From: Candidatus Levybacteria bacterium RIFCSPHIGHO2_01_FULL_37_17
GTDB taxonomy: Bacteria > Patescibacteriota > Microgenomatia > Levybacterales > UBA12049
Assembly (NCBI GenBank): GCA_001782035.1
Contig: MFNL01000002.1
Location: forward strand, 1-58,864
Reading direction: 5' to 3'
Length of the DNA: 58,864 nt
Shown: positions 36,381-45,795 of the stretch, one piece after another
Layout: each line of letters begins with the position of its first letter
Position numbering within the stretch: the stretch's first letter is position 1
Translations under genes and position numbers: made by a program
The notes under the pieces: model-generated
Databases searched by the model: none
Seen by the model: only the letters and a program-made list of their open reading frames with translations
Told to the model about the DNA's origin: nothing

Positions 36381-38119
36381 TACTTTTTCATAAAATATTT
36401 AATTAAAAAAATGGTAATTAATATAGACAAAAGAGTAAAGCAGATTTTTTTTAACAAATCATATGTCGGAATATCCTTATATCTAAGTTCGATATAATAA
36501 TTTCCAGTAGGTAGTTTCGCATTTATTATGCCTCTATTTCCTGGGTAAATATCAATTTGCTTTCCATTAGCCGTCATTGTCCACCCGGGAAAATATAATG
36601 TATTTTCTCTAATTACGATGGGCGTTTTTGATTGTATATTATAGGAATGCATGATTGAAGTTCTTTCAACTTCTTTAACCATCGCAGCTCCTTCGATGAT
36701 TTCTAGGTGGGTTTTGGGTGGTTCAGAAAACCAAAAGTTATTGATATCTGCCCACTTATTATTTAAAAAATACGCAGTTTTTCCTTCTGTTAGGGTGCTT
36801 TTCCCTAGGTTTTGTATTAAAGTATTGTCGGAGATCTCAGGTATTACTCTTCTATGTCCCCAGTTTAATATCGTATATCCAATAGTTAATAGAATAACTA
36901 AAAGTATAATTATTTTATTTTTAGTTTGGTTTTTAAGGTTTAAAACAAAATAAGCGGCAACGATTGAGGTACAAAAAGCGACTATTACCAGTAATCTTCC
37001 AAACGGTAAAAGCATCCAAAACAGCGGGAAAGGCTTCCAAATGAAAGTTGATATTGGATGCATAATAAATAATATAGAAAAAAATATAATTAACCAAAAA
37101 ATTACACCATTTTTGAGAGTTCTTTTTAATTTTTTCGTAAAGAGAGAAACTGTCATTATTGATATTATTGCTACCTGTGTATATCCAATAATTTGAGCGA
37201 GTTCTCCGTTTGGACCTTGAAAAAGAAATCCAAGTCTCCAGGGAGAAAAAAATAGATACTTAAATTCATAAAATATGGGCTCAGCTGAAGAAATGGTGTA
37301 CATAAAAGGAGAATAAATCAAAAAAGATGACCATACATAAGCGGATGACAATACTCCTAAAACTAAACTGAAAATAACTGAAACGCTATGTTTATACTTT
37401 TTACTTTCTAGTCCTAAGAATATTGCGTAAAAAATTAATAAAATTGAGTAACATATTGCGATTAAAGGGTGAGCCATAACAAGTAATATTATCAAAATAC
37501 TATTTAGGATTAAGAAGTAAGACTTGTTGGTTCTAAAATACTTATGTATAGACAAAAAAACCAGAGGGGCAATTAAAAATACTGTTGATTCGCCTAAAGT
37601 TGCCCTAAAATGAACATCAATTAAATGATAAGGGTTAAAAACATAAAATATTGCTGCAATAAACGCTGCGAGCTTGTTTGAGGTAATTTCTCTAATTGCA
37701 AAATACATTGTTATCGATGATAAGTACAACGTCAGTCCTAAGAATAATTTAGTACTATCTATAAAACTCAGTCCTAAGGTGTGAAAGAAAGATATAACAT
37801 AATATGGTAAAGAATAGTTAAAAATAAATAAGGGATTGCCGTATGAGGAGTTAAGATCTGCTGCCCAAGACGGAATTAGTATTCCCTCTTTTAATGAATT
37901 ATAGAACGATATTATTCTGAAAACGTGAATATTAAAATCACCGCTTTCATAGGTTCCAGCTCGAAAAATGCTTAAAACCGGAAGAAGCGATATTAGCAAA
38001 AGTAAGATAAATAAGTTCACTTTCTTTTTGGGGTATATGTATGCATAAACGAACCAGGACAAGAAAACCACCATGCAACCAACTATATTGACAACGATCA
38101 TTCTATAGGGATCTATCAT
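36377..38119 (-). CDS. Large polytopic membrane protein with C-terminal extracytoplasmic domain (YfhO/GT-C-like, putative glycan transferase or polymerase)
   Basis: 580 aa with more than 10 hydrophobic helices. First loop 'GTYESGDFNIHVFRIISFYNSLKEGILIPSWAADLNSSYGNP'. Soluble ~130-aa domain followed by a terminal TM helix. The family assignment is tentative. Confidence 0.5.
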   Translation of the reverse strand: MIDPYRMIVVNIVGCMVVFLSWFVYAYIYPKKKVNLFILLLLISLLPVLSIFRAGTYESGDFNIHVFRIISFYNSLKEGILIPSWAADLNSSYGNPLFIFNYSLPYYVISFFHTLGLSFIDSTKLFLGLTLYLSSITMYFAIREITSNKLAAFIAAIFYVFNPYHLIDVHFRATLGESTVFLIAPLVFLSIHKYFRTNKSYFLILNSILIILLVMAHPLIAICYSILLIFYAIFLGLESKKYKHSVSVIFSLVLGVLSSAYVWSSFLIYSPFMYTISSAEPIFYEFKYLFFSPWRLGFLFQGPNGELAQIIGYTQVAIISIMTVSLFTKKLKRTLKNGVIFWLIIFFSILFIMHPISTFIWKPFPLFWMLLPFGRLLVIVAFCTSIVAAYFVLNLKNQTKNKIIILLVILLTIGYTILNWGHRRVIPEISDNTLIQNLGKSTLTEGKTAYFLNNKWADINNFWFSEPPKTHLEIIEGAAMVKEVERTSIMHSYNIQSKTPIVIRENTLYFPGWTMTANGKQIDIYPGNRGIINAKLPTGNYYIELRYKDIPTYDLLKKICFTLLSILITIFLIKYFMKKY

Positions 38120-39966
38120 AAATCAATTTTGTAAAGGTAATAGTACGGATATACTAAATAACTAGAAATCAGTGAATAGTTTTTGCAATCATTTATGCTG
38201 AGCTTAGAGCAAAACCATAAAATATCTCCTCCCCGTATCATTAATTTGGTTACTCCTACCTCTCTTAATTTTTCCATAGATTTATTATTACTTTCAAAGA
38301 TACTATTCACGTCCATAAAATTAAAGTCAGCATAATAATACCCATGAAAGTTATACATGGCAACAATGTCGTTCTTCTGAATAAATTTATCAAATTTATA
38401 ATCAAAATCGAAATAGCTTGAATTGTCCCGTGTTAAGACCCTTGATAAATACTTATTTTTATCTGATAGGCCAAATGCGTAGGGTAATACAAAAACAGAT
38501 GAAATAAAATAATATGCAAACGTTATAAATACTAGTAAATATAACGCGTATTTTATTCTAGACACTTGTTGTAGGGCAAAATAAATTCCTAACGAGGCTA
38601 TAAATAATAATAAAACATACACTCCTAACAGATATCTTCCGTATGGATAATTTATAAATAAATATATCAACGAAACGATAAGGGTCATTTGAAAGATTGG
38701 ATAGTTTTTAATTGTTAAGATAGCTTCTTTAATTTTAGAAAATAAAAGTGCTATTCCCAAAAACAAAAAGGGACTATAAACATTTATACTAGAGAGTGGG
38801 TTTAAAAAATTTGTGTTAATGGTAAAATACCTTTGAATGTTATAGGTGTATTTCAATCCATTAAGGGTTTCAAAGGTTTGAAATGCGGGGAAAAAAGGAT
38901 TGCCAGTCGATAAATAAGCCCTAAAAAACCATATTCCAGAAACAAAAATTACTCCGAGTGCGTATATCCCAATAATTTTAAACCTACTTTCAATTTTAGC
39001 ATTCTTAGACAAGAAAATAAAAAACAACGCAATTATAGGAATTAATATGATTGTCCACAACTTTGTCGCAACCATTCCGCCGATAAATAAACCTACTAGA
39101 AATACAGTTTTGTTAGTTAACTTTCTATTTGCAAAAAGTAATAAAATTGAAAGTATAAGTAAAAAGATCCATTGGAAGTCAACATACATTGACGATGTTT
39201 CCCTAATAATTTCAGGAGTCGTTACAAAAACTAACGGTATAAATTTTGCAAAAGCAAAATTTTTTATTTTTGCAAAACTAACGAGCGATAAAATGCATAA
39301 AATATAAAATAAAAAATGAATGTACCTTGCTGTTTCTTTCGACAGTAAAAATATGCCAGGTATATAGTACATCTCTGCGAGCATGGAGCTTCCCGATACA
39401 TGCAGGTCTTCGCTTGGCGGTATCATTATTGTCTGTTCGCGCAAGTAAATTCTTGGAAAATCAACGTGATATTGGTCTTCCCTTGTTTCAGGATTTATTA
39501 AGTTGACTGAAGCTACTAGAACAAAAAGGAAGACACCTATAAATACTAAATTATTTCTCTTAAGTAAAATCATGCAAGATATTAACTGTTTCTTAAACTC
39601 ACCAAGGTTCAGGCACAACTTTTTAAAGGGATATATAGCAATAAATATTATTGTAAAAATATAAAAACATAAAATTGCTGGTTTTAATAAAGAAAAAAAG
39701 CCTAGCAGGGTTATTCCTGTTGAAATCGCAATATAACCCAAAGCAGTTGATACAAGAAAATCAAATTCGATAATTTTTTTAGGATAAAAAACGTCTTTAA
39801 GCCTTTTTCCTAGTAAATAAGAGATGAGAGAAATAAATATTGCATAAAGTAGGTAAGTAGCAAAAATTAATAAGGGCGAAAAATCAACTGGTTCTCTCGT
39901 GTAGTCTGAAATTACATAATCAAACTTTGAAACAAGATTTCTAATAAGGTTGAAGAATAAATGCAT
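38116..39966 (-). CDS. GT-C-like polytopic membrane glycosyltransferase (ArnT/PMT-like)
   Basis: 616 aa and highly hydrophobic, with a loop 'PETREDQYHVDFPRIYL' after the early helices and a soluble C-terminal domain. 4-nt overlap with the downstream gene. Confidence 0.5.
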   Translation of the reverse strand: MHLFFNLIRNLVSKFDYVISDYTREPVDFSPLLIFATYLLYAIFISLISYLLGKRLKDVFYPKKIIEFDFLVSTALGYIAISTGITLLGFFSLLKPAILCFYIFTIIFIAIYPFKKLCLNLGEFKKQLISCMILLKRNNLVFIGVFLFVLVASVNLINPETREDQYHVDFPRIYLREQTIMIPPSEDLHVSGSSMLAEMYYIPGIFLLSKETARYIHFLFYILCILSLVSFAKIKNFAFAKFIPLVFVTTPEIIRETSSMYVDFQWIFLLILSILLLFANRKLTNKTVFLVGLFIGGMVATKLWTIILIPIIALFFIFLSKNAKIESRFKIIGIYALGVIFVSGIWFFRAYLSTGNPFFPAFQTFETLNGLKYTYNIQRYFTINTNFLNPLSSINVYSPFLFLGIALLFSKIKEAILTIKNYPIFQMTLIVSLIYLFINYPYGRYLLGVYVLLLFIASLGIYFALQQVSRIKYALYLLVFITFAYYFISSVFVLPYAFGLSDKNKYLSRVLTRDNSSYFDFDYKFDKFIQKNDIVAMYNFHGYYYADFNFMDVNSIFESNNKSMEKLREVGVTKLMIRGGDILWFCSKLSINDCKNYSLISSYLVYPYYYLYKIDL

Positions 39967-39994
39967 TTATTCTAATGTATTCTAAACTACAAGA

Positions 39995-40003
39995 TGTTAT
40001 AAT
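39995..40003 (+). promoter_or_regulatory. Extended -10 promoter TGtTATAAT, 11 nt before ATG 40015
   Basis: Read directly in the 48-nt divergent spacer. Confidence 0.5.
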
Positions 40004-40014
40004 TTCAACAAATA

Positions 40015-42600
40015 ATGGCTCTAATAAAAACCTCTTTAATTTGCACTGTACTAAATGAAGAAGAATCTGTTCAAGAACTTATTGATTCTATTATAAATCA
40101 ATCTGTAATGCCAGATGAAATTATTATTGTTGATGGCGGTAGCACAGATAGTACTACGGAAGTTATAATGGCCAAAATAAAAAATGATTCCAACTTAAAC
40201 CTCAAGCTGTTTATTAAAAAGGGTAATAGATCAATAGGAAGAAATAAAGCAATAGAAGAAAGTTCGGGAGATATTATCCTGTCCACTGATGCGGGTTGTA
40301 TCCTTGAAAAAAACTGGGTAAAAAACATTCTTGAACCATTTAAAAACAAAAAGACGGATATTGTCGCAGGATACTATAAAGGGACAGGTAGGAATTCATT
40401 TGAAAAATCGCTTATACCTTATGTGCTCGTTATGAAGGACAGAGTTGTCTCTAATGATTTTCTACCGGCAACGCGTTCTGTGGCTTTTAAAAAGAGCGTA
40501 TGGAGAAAAGTTGGTGGTTTCGATAAAAATCTTTCTCATAATGAAGATTATGCTTTCGCAAATAAGATAAAGCGTCAAGGTTTTAAAATTTACTTTCAAA
40601 AATCTGCAGTTGTTAACTGGATACCCCCAAGGAGTATATTTAAGGCTTTTAAAATGTTTTTCAGCTTTGCATATGGGGACATTGAAGCACATTTGATAAG
40701 AGATAAGGTGATTTACATTTTTCTAAGATATTCATTTGGAATTTATTTACTTATTTTAGCATTGATTATGAAATCAATTTATTTAACCTCTTTAGTGACT
40801 GTTCTAGGATTAAGCTATGTAGCATGGTCAATAAAAAAAAATTATAAATATGTGAAAAATTATGAGGGTTTTTTATTTTTACCCTTAATTCAAATTACAT
40901 CAGATATCGCCGTAGTTTCGGGCTCTATACTTGCCCTGCTCAATAAGGTTTCTATAAAAAAGATTATGGGAAAACTTATCCAGAATAAAGGAATAACAGT
41001 TTTGGTACTAATTTACGCCGGAATAATGGTCTCAATGATTAATTGGGGTATACCAAATATTAGTCATCCATTCAATTATTTTATGGATGAATGGCATCAA
41101 GCGCAATCTATAAGAAATTTATTTACTCAAGGCACGATTAATATAGAGGGATCTGCTAATGGCTCAATTTTTCATTTTTTCCTATCAGGACTTTTTTTAG
41201 TACCGTTTTATTTGTTGGGAATAATTAATCCTTTTGCAATTGAGTCCTCAGTTTCTAATCTTGAACTTCAAGGAAACCTGTTTGTAGTTTTAAGATTGAA
41301 TACTTTGCTTTATGGATCAATGTCAATAATAATTTTTTATTATATTTGTAAGAAATATTTTAATCTTAACCCTTTGATATCAAGTATGGTGTTTATTTTT
41401 AATCCCGCCTGGATTATGCTAAGCAACTATTTTAAGTATGATATCGCATTAATGTTTTGGACACTGTTAAGCTTTCTTATTATGTTGAAATATATAAATA
41501 ACCCAACCTTTATAAGTTTATTATTGGCAGCTATTATATCGTCGATTTCATTATCTGTTAAATTACAACCCTTTTTCTTCCCAATACTTTTAATTATAAT
41601 ATTTTTAAAATTTACTCCCGATTTCAAGCAAAAGTTAAAATGGATTTTTATTTCGCTTTTTGTTTATGCAATTGTTTTTATTTCTTTGGGAATACCCGAT
41701 ATCCTTCTTGCAAAAGGCGATTTATCCGAATATTTGTCTTCAGTCCTTATAAGAACGCCTGAGCATAATGTTTCAAATATAATAATCAACGAAAATATAT
41801 GGCAATATCTTGTTACAAATATTTACCCAACTTTATTTGGTATTGTTTTATTCTTTGTGAGTGCTCTATTTATATTTATTATCTTAATGAGAATCGTCGT
41901 TGTAAGTATCATGCGAAAGAGCAAGGAACAGTTTTTTACGAAAGAGGAGCTTTTTTTGATTATAGCATTCGGTTTATTCACATTAAGTCTTATTCCCTTA
42001 AGACTCGATGCAACTGGCAATAGGGCATTAATTCTTCTACCATTCTTTGCAATATTTTTTGCTCTTTTTTGGCAAATTGCATTCAGGCTTATCAATAAAA
42101 AAATCGTTTTATTACTGCTTGTTGTTTTTTTATTGATACAAACCATTCAGACAATTGTATGGATTGAGCAAAAAATATTGGAAGATCCTCGAAAACTATC
42201 TTCTGAGTGGATTTTGAACAATGTTCCAAAAAATTCTACAATCGGGGTAGAAAATATTCCCATTTACCAGATGCTGCCCGATATAGTTTTAAGAGAGTAT
42301 TATCTAAAGAAACAAAATTTAAATTTTAAAACTTATTATAATTATAAAGTTATAAACAAAAATGAAAATATGTATCCTAAATTTGTCGTTTTAACAAATG
42401 GAAGTATAGTGGGTAAGTATTTTAGAAAATCAGAGAAAACCCAGATTAAAAAAACGTTAAAAAAGAAAGGGTATAGAGAAGTTGCAGTTTTTTCTCCCAA
42501 TTTTTCAAACTTAAAATTCTTCACGAGCGATATTCAATATTATCAGTCCGCAATTATTCAGGTACCTATTAATTTAGCTATCTATGAAAAAAATGATTAA
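40015..42600 (+). CDS. Fusion protein: N-terminal GT2 (GT-A) glycosyltransferase + C-terminal GT-C (ArnT/PMT-like) membrane glycosyltransferase
   Basis: Residues ~1-230: 'SLICTVLNEEESVQELIDSIINQS', 'IIVDGGSTDST' and 'DAGC' (GT2, DxD-like). These are followed by more than 10 TM helices with the loop 'FMDEWHQAQSIRNLF' (GT-C first-loop acidic motif) and a soluble C-terminal tail. Uninterrupted 861-codon ORF. Confidence 0.7.
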   Translation: MALIKTSLICTVLNEEESVQELIDSIINQSVMPDEIIIVDGGSTDSTTEVIMAKIKNDSNLNLKLFIKKGNRSIGRNKAIEESSGDIILSTDAGCILEKNWVKNILEPFKNKKTDIVAGYYKGTGRNSFEKSLIPYVLVMKDRVVSNDFLPATRSVAFKKSVWRKVGGFDKNLSHNEDYAFANKIKRQGFKIYFQKSAVVNWIPPRSIFKAFKMFFSFAYGDIEAHLIRDKVIYIFLRYSFGIYLLILALIMKSIYLTSLVTVLGLSYVAWSIKKNYKYVKNYEGFLFLPLIQITSDIAVVSGSILALLNKVSIKKIMGKLIQNKGITVLVLIYAGIMVSMINWGIPNISHPFNYFMDEWHQAQSIRNLFTQGTINIEGSANGSIFHFFLSGLFLVPFYLLGIINPFAIESSVSNLELQGNLFVVLRLNTLLYGSMSIIIFYYICKKYFNLNPLISSMVFIFNPAWIMLSNYFKYDIALMFWTLLSFLIMLKYINNPTFISLLLAAIISSISLSVKLQPFFFPILLIIIFLKFTPDFKQKLKWIFISLFVYAIVFISLGIPDILLAKGDLSEYLSSVLIRTPEHNVSNIIINENIWQYLVTNIYPTLFGIVLFFVSALFIFIILMRIVVVSIMRKSKEQFFTKEELFLIIAFGLFTLSLIPLRLDATGNRALILLPFFAIFFALFWQIAFRLINKKIVLLLLVVFLLIQTIQTIVWIEQKILEDPRKLSSEWILNNVPKNSTIGVENIPIYQMLPDIVLREYYLKKQNLNFKTYYNYKVINKNENMYPKFVVLTNGSIVGKYFRKSEKTQIKKTLKKKGYREVAVFSPNFSNLKFFTSDIQYYQSAIIQVPINLAIYEKND

Positions 42601-43294
42601 TTTTGCAGTAATTATTCCTTCTTATAACGAACATAAATCTCTCAATGTATTGCTGAAGAAAATAAGAATAAAATACAACAATCCGGTTTACGTAATTGAT
42701 GATTCTTTGTCTCCGCAGAAAGAACAAATAAAAGCACTACAAAAGAAGTTTTCAAAAGTTTATGTCACATCAAGAAATTTTAAAAAAGGAAGAGGAAGCG
42801 CAGTGCTGGTAGGATTTAAAAAGGCAGTTAAAAACTTAAATAATGATTATTTATTAGAAATGGATTCTGATCTTGCTCATGATCCATACGAAATACAAAG
42901 GTTCTTAAGCAAGGCTGATGAGGGTAGTTACGACTTAATTATTGGTTCGAGGTATTTTCCTGGAGGTAAAATTAAGAATATAGAGAAAGAAAGGACAATA
43001 TTAAGCAGGCTTATAAATTATTTTTTAAAAATTTGGTTAGGTATTAATGTGACTGATTTCACAAGTGGTTTCAGATTATATAGTAGAAAAGCAATAGAAA
43101 TCGTTTTAAGCAATAAAATACAATCTAAAGGCTTTATAACGTTGTCTGAAACTTTATATATTATTCATAGAAATAAATTATCAATAGGAGAGGTTCCAAT
43201 AACCTGGAATTACAGGAGGTTTGGAAAATCAAATGTCAACAGCAGGGAGCTGCTTATTTCCCTCTACTTTGTGCTTAAGATGAAGCTTTTTTAA
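42584..43294 (+). CDS. Polyprenol-phosphate sugar synthase (Dpm1/Ppm1/ArnC-like GT2)
   Basis: 'FAVIIPSYNEHKSL', 'RGSAVLVGF', 'MDSDLAHDP' and 'GSRYFPGG' match the dolichyl/polyprenyl-phosphate mannose synthase pattern. Confidence 0.75.
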   Translation: MKKMINFAVIIPSYNEHKSLNVLLKKIRIKYNNPVYVIDDSLSPQKEQIKALQKKFSKVYVTSRNFKKGRGSAVLVGFKKAVKNLNNDYLLEMDSDLAHDPYEIQRFLSKADEGSYDLIIGSRYFPGGKIKNIEKERTILSRLINYFLKIWLGINVTDFTSGFRLYSRKAIEIVLSNKIQSKGFITLSETLYIIHRNKLSIGEVPITWNYRRFGKSNVNSRELLISLYFVLKMKLF

Positions 43295-44501
43295 CAATTT
43301 GCATTTTAGGCAGAGGAAAAATAAATTTTCCCCCGCTACTTAGATATTGCTTTTCTCTATGTAGAAACTCTTTTTTAAAAAACCAAGGCAAGACAAGCAT
43401 ATATTCGGGCTTATCGACCCTTGCTCGCTCTTCTGAAATAATAGGAATTCCTACAGAAGCAATTTTTTTACCCCACTTTTCAGGATTTCTTTCAACTGCG
43501 AAGGGAACAAGGTTCTTATCAATTCCAAAAAATTGTAATAGCGTATTGCCTCTAGTTGATGCACCATAAAGATAAACCTTTTCTCCTCTACTTGTTATTT
43601 TATTAATAAGTTTTAAAGTTTCTACTTTATTATTAATTATCTCTCTTGCAAAATTTATGTACACCTTTTTATTATCTAAGCCAATTTTTTTTTCATTTCT
43701 CTTCATTCTTAATACCTTTTCTGAAATTTTTCTTTTACCCATCTTTGAAATGTAAGTTCTAAAACTTCCACCGTTTAGAGCTCTAATATCGGCGTCAAAT
43801 ACTTCAAGACTATGTCTTTTTAGAAGATTTGTTAGAGAAAGTAAAGAATAATATTCGAGATGTTCGTGTACAATATTATCAAATGCATTTTTTTTTAACA
43901 TCTCTGCTAAATAATTTTGCTGGATTACAATGATTGATTCTTCTTTCATAATTTTCTTAACATCTTTTATAAACTGGTTTGGATCGTCCATATCATAAAA
44001 ACAAGATATTATAGTTATAATATCTGCCTTTCTATCTCCAATTTTTTTAAAATATGATTTGAAATTGAAATAGTCATTAATTACAATATTGGAATATTTA
44101 TTTGCTTCCCTCGCATATTTCCTAATTGGCTCGACAGACACTCTAAAAACACTTTTAGGGTAATAGCTCAGTAGAGTGCCATCATTTGCGCCAATATCCA
44201 CCGCAACAAGCTTTTTTTTATTCTTTACCTTATTTAATGCCTGATTAACAATATGTTTTAGCTCGTCTCTCATCGTCTGGTTAATGCCCGATTTGTAACC
44301 ATATCGTTCGGTATAAAGGAACTTAGATGGAGTCGTGTAATCAAGTTGGACTAGTTTGCAATTTTTACAAATTATAATATTTAAAGGGAATGCCTTAGGT
44401 TTTTTATTCGTCTTCACAAAATCTGATAAATATTGCTTTCCTAAGTAAAGTATTGGGGATAAGCTTTTTGAACCGCATGATCTGCATTTTTTAAGTCTCA
44501 T
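43275..44501 (-). CDS. NDP-hexose C-methyltransferase-like SAM methyltransferase (Zn-ribbon + MTase + C-terminal domain)
   Basis: 'CRSCGS...CKNCKLVQL' N-terminal zinc-binding domain, motif I 'VAVDIGANDGTLL' and a ~150-aa C-terminal domain with 'GASTRGNTLL'. This is the architecture of TylC3-type sugar C-methyltransferases. Confidence 0.65.
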   Translation of the reverse strand: MRLKKCRSCGSKSLSPILYLGKQYLSDFVKTNKKPKAFPLNIIICKNCKLVQLDYTTPSKFLYTERYGYKSGINQTMRDELKHIVNQALNKVKNKKKLVAVDIGANDGTLLSYYPKSVFRVSVEPIRKYAREANKYSNIVINDYFNFKSYFKKIGDRKADIITIISCFYDMDDPNQFIKDVKKIMKEESIIVIQQNYLAEMLKKNAFDNIVHEHLEYYSLLSLTNLLKRHSLEVFDADIRALNGGSFRTYISKMGKRKISEKVLRMKRNEKKIGLDNKKVYINFAREIINNKVETLKLINKITSRGEKVYLYGASTRGNTLLQFFGIDKNLVPFAVERNPEKWGKKIASVGIPIISEERARVDKPEYMLVLPWFFKKEFLHREKQYLSSGGKFIFPLPKMQIVKKASS

Positions 44502-44512
44502 TTATCTTGGGT

Positions 44513-44541
44513 ATTATATCCTCTGACTAGAAAGATTTCAA
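44513..44541 (-). promoter_or_regulatory. Promoter TTGAAA-N17-TATAAT (minus strand), 11 nt before ATG 44501
   Basis: On the + strand, tttcaa at 44536-44541 and attata at 44513-44518. Confidence 0.55.
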
Positions 44542-44571
44542 TATTTTTCTGATATACTTAAATAGATATAT

Positions 44572-45795
44572 ATGGGATATACCAGAGATACTCTGAGGGG
44601 CGTTTCATGGATGTCTGCACTAAGACTCGCAACTCGAGCCGCCTCGTTTCTAAAAATTGCAGTATTAGCAAGATTTCTTTCTCCCGCCCAATTTGGATTA
44701 TTCGGTGTTGCTTCGATAGCTTTATCTTTATTAGAAGTTCTTACTCAAACAGGTATAAATATATTCCTTGTTCAATCCAAAAAAGAAATTGAAGAATATG
44801 TAGATTCTGCATGGGTAGTTTCTATTTTAAGAGGTGCTTTTATTGGACTGCTTATTATTTTATTATCTCCATTCCTTGCAGAGTTTTTTAATACACCTGA
44901 GGCTTTAAATATATTACTTCTTATTAGTATAGTGCCATTTATTAAAGGCTTTATAAATCCTTCAGAAATAAAATTTCAAAAAAATTTAAATTTTGCATAT
45001 GAGTTTTGGTTTAGGTCTATTATTTTTGTAGTTGATGCGGCTATAGCAATAATTTTTTCTGTTTTAACCCAATCGGTTTATGGTTTGGTCCTTGGTCTTA
45101 TTGCCGGGGCAGTGCTTGAAGTTGTTTTATCCTTTGCAATCATTAAACCTTGGCCAAGGTTTAATGTTAATTTTAGTCACGTAAGAGAGATTTTGCATAG
45201 AGGAAAATGGGTTACCGCTTATTCAGTTTTTGATTATTTTGGAGAGAATTTGGACGATATATTAGTTGGTAGAGTTTTAGGAACTCCCGTACTTGGAATT
45301 TACCAAGTAGCTTATAGAATATCAACTATGCCCATATCGGAAATAGCAAATGTCGTCAGTCCAGTAGTTTTCCCTGTTTATGCAAGAATTGTTGAAGACA
45401 ATAAAAGATTAATCCGTGCGTTTCTAAAAACTTCATTTTTAACCGCTTTGGCAGCAGTTGTAATGGGTACTATAATTTTTGTCTATCCTAGAGAAATAGT
45501 TCTAATAGTCTTAGGTGAGCAATGGTTAAGCGCCATACCAGTATTACAGCTGTTATCAATTTATGGTGTATTACGAGCAATCGTATCTCCATCTTATGCT
45601 GTTTTTTTGGCAAAAGGAGAACAGAAACATGTAACTTTGGTGATTCTTGTTCGGCTCTTGGCTCTCTCGCTTTTCATTTATCCTTTTATAAAAACTTTTG
45701 GCTTAGTAGGTGCGGGATATGCTGCAATTTTTTCAATAATAGCAGAAATACCGTTCGTTATTTATTTCCTACTATTTACTTTCAAAAATAAATAA
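44572..45795 (+). CDS. Wzx-type oligosaccharide flippase (MOP superfamily)
   Basis: 'LRGVSWMSALRLATRAASFLKIAVLARFLSPAQFGLFGVA' is a typical polysaccharide-biosynthesis-protein N-terminus. About 12 TM helices. Confidence 0.75.
   Translation: MGYTRDTLRGVSWMSALRLATRAASFLKIAVLARFLSPAQFGLFGVASIALSLLEVLTQTGINIFLVQSKKEIEEYVDSAWVVSILRGAFIGLLIILLSPFLAEFFNTPEALNILLLISIVPFIKGFINPSEIKFQKNLNFAYEFWFRSIIFVVDAAIAIIFSVLTQSVYGLVLGLIAGAVLEVVLSFAIIKPWPRFNVNFSHVREILHRGKWVTAYSVFDYFGENLDDILVGRVLGTPVLGIYQVAYRISTMPISEIANVVSPVVFPVYARIVEDNKRLIRAFLKTSFLTALAAVVMGTIIFVYPREIVLIVLGEQWLSAIPVLQLLSIYGVLRAIVSPSYAVFLAKGEQKHVTLVILVRLLALSLFIYPFIKTFGLVGAGYAAIFSIIAEIPFVIYFLLFTFKNK

Noticed and set aside
39967-40014. Direct repeat TAGAATA-N3-TAGAATA (minus strand) in the divergent spacer as a regulator binding site
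   Set aside because: It is short and AT-rich and overlaps plausible -10 hexamers for the minus-strand gene. It cannot be told apart from overlapping promoter elements by sequence alone.
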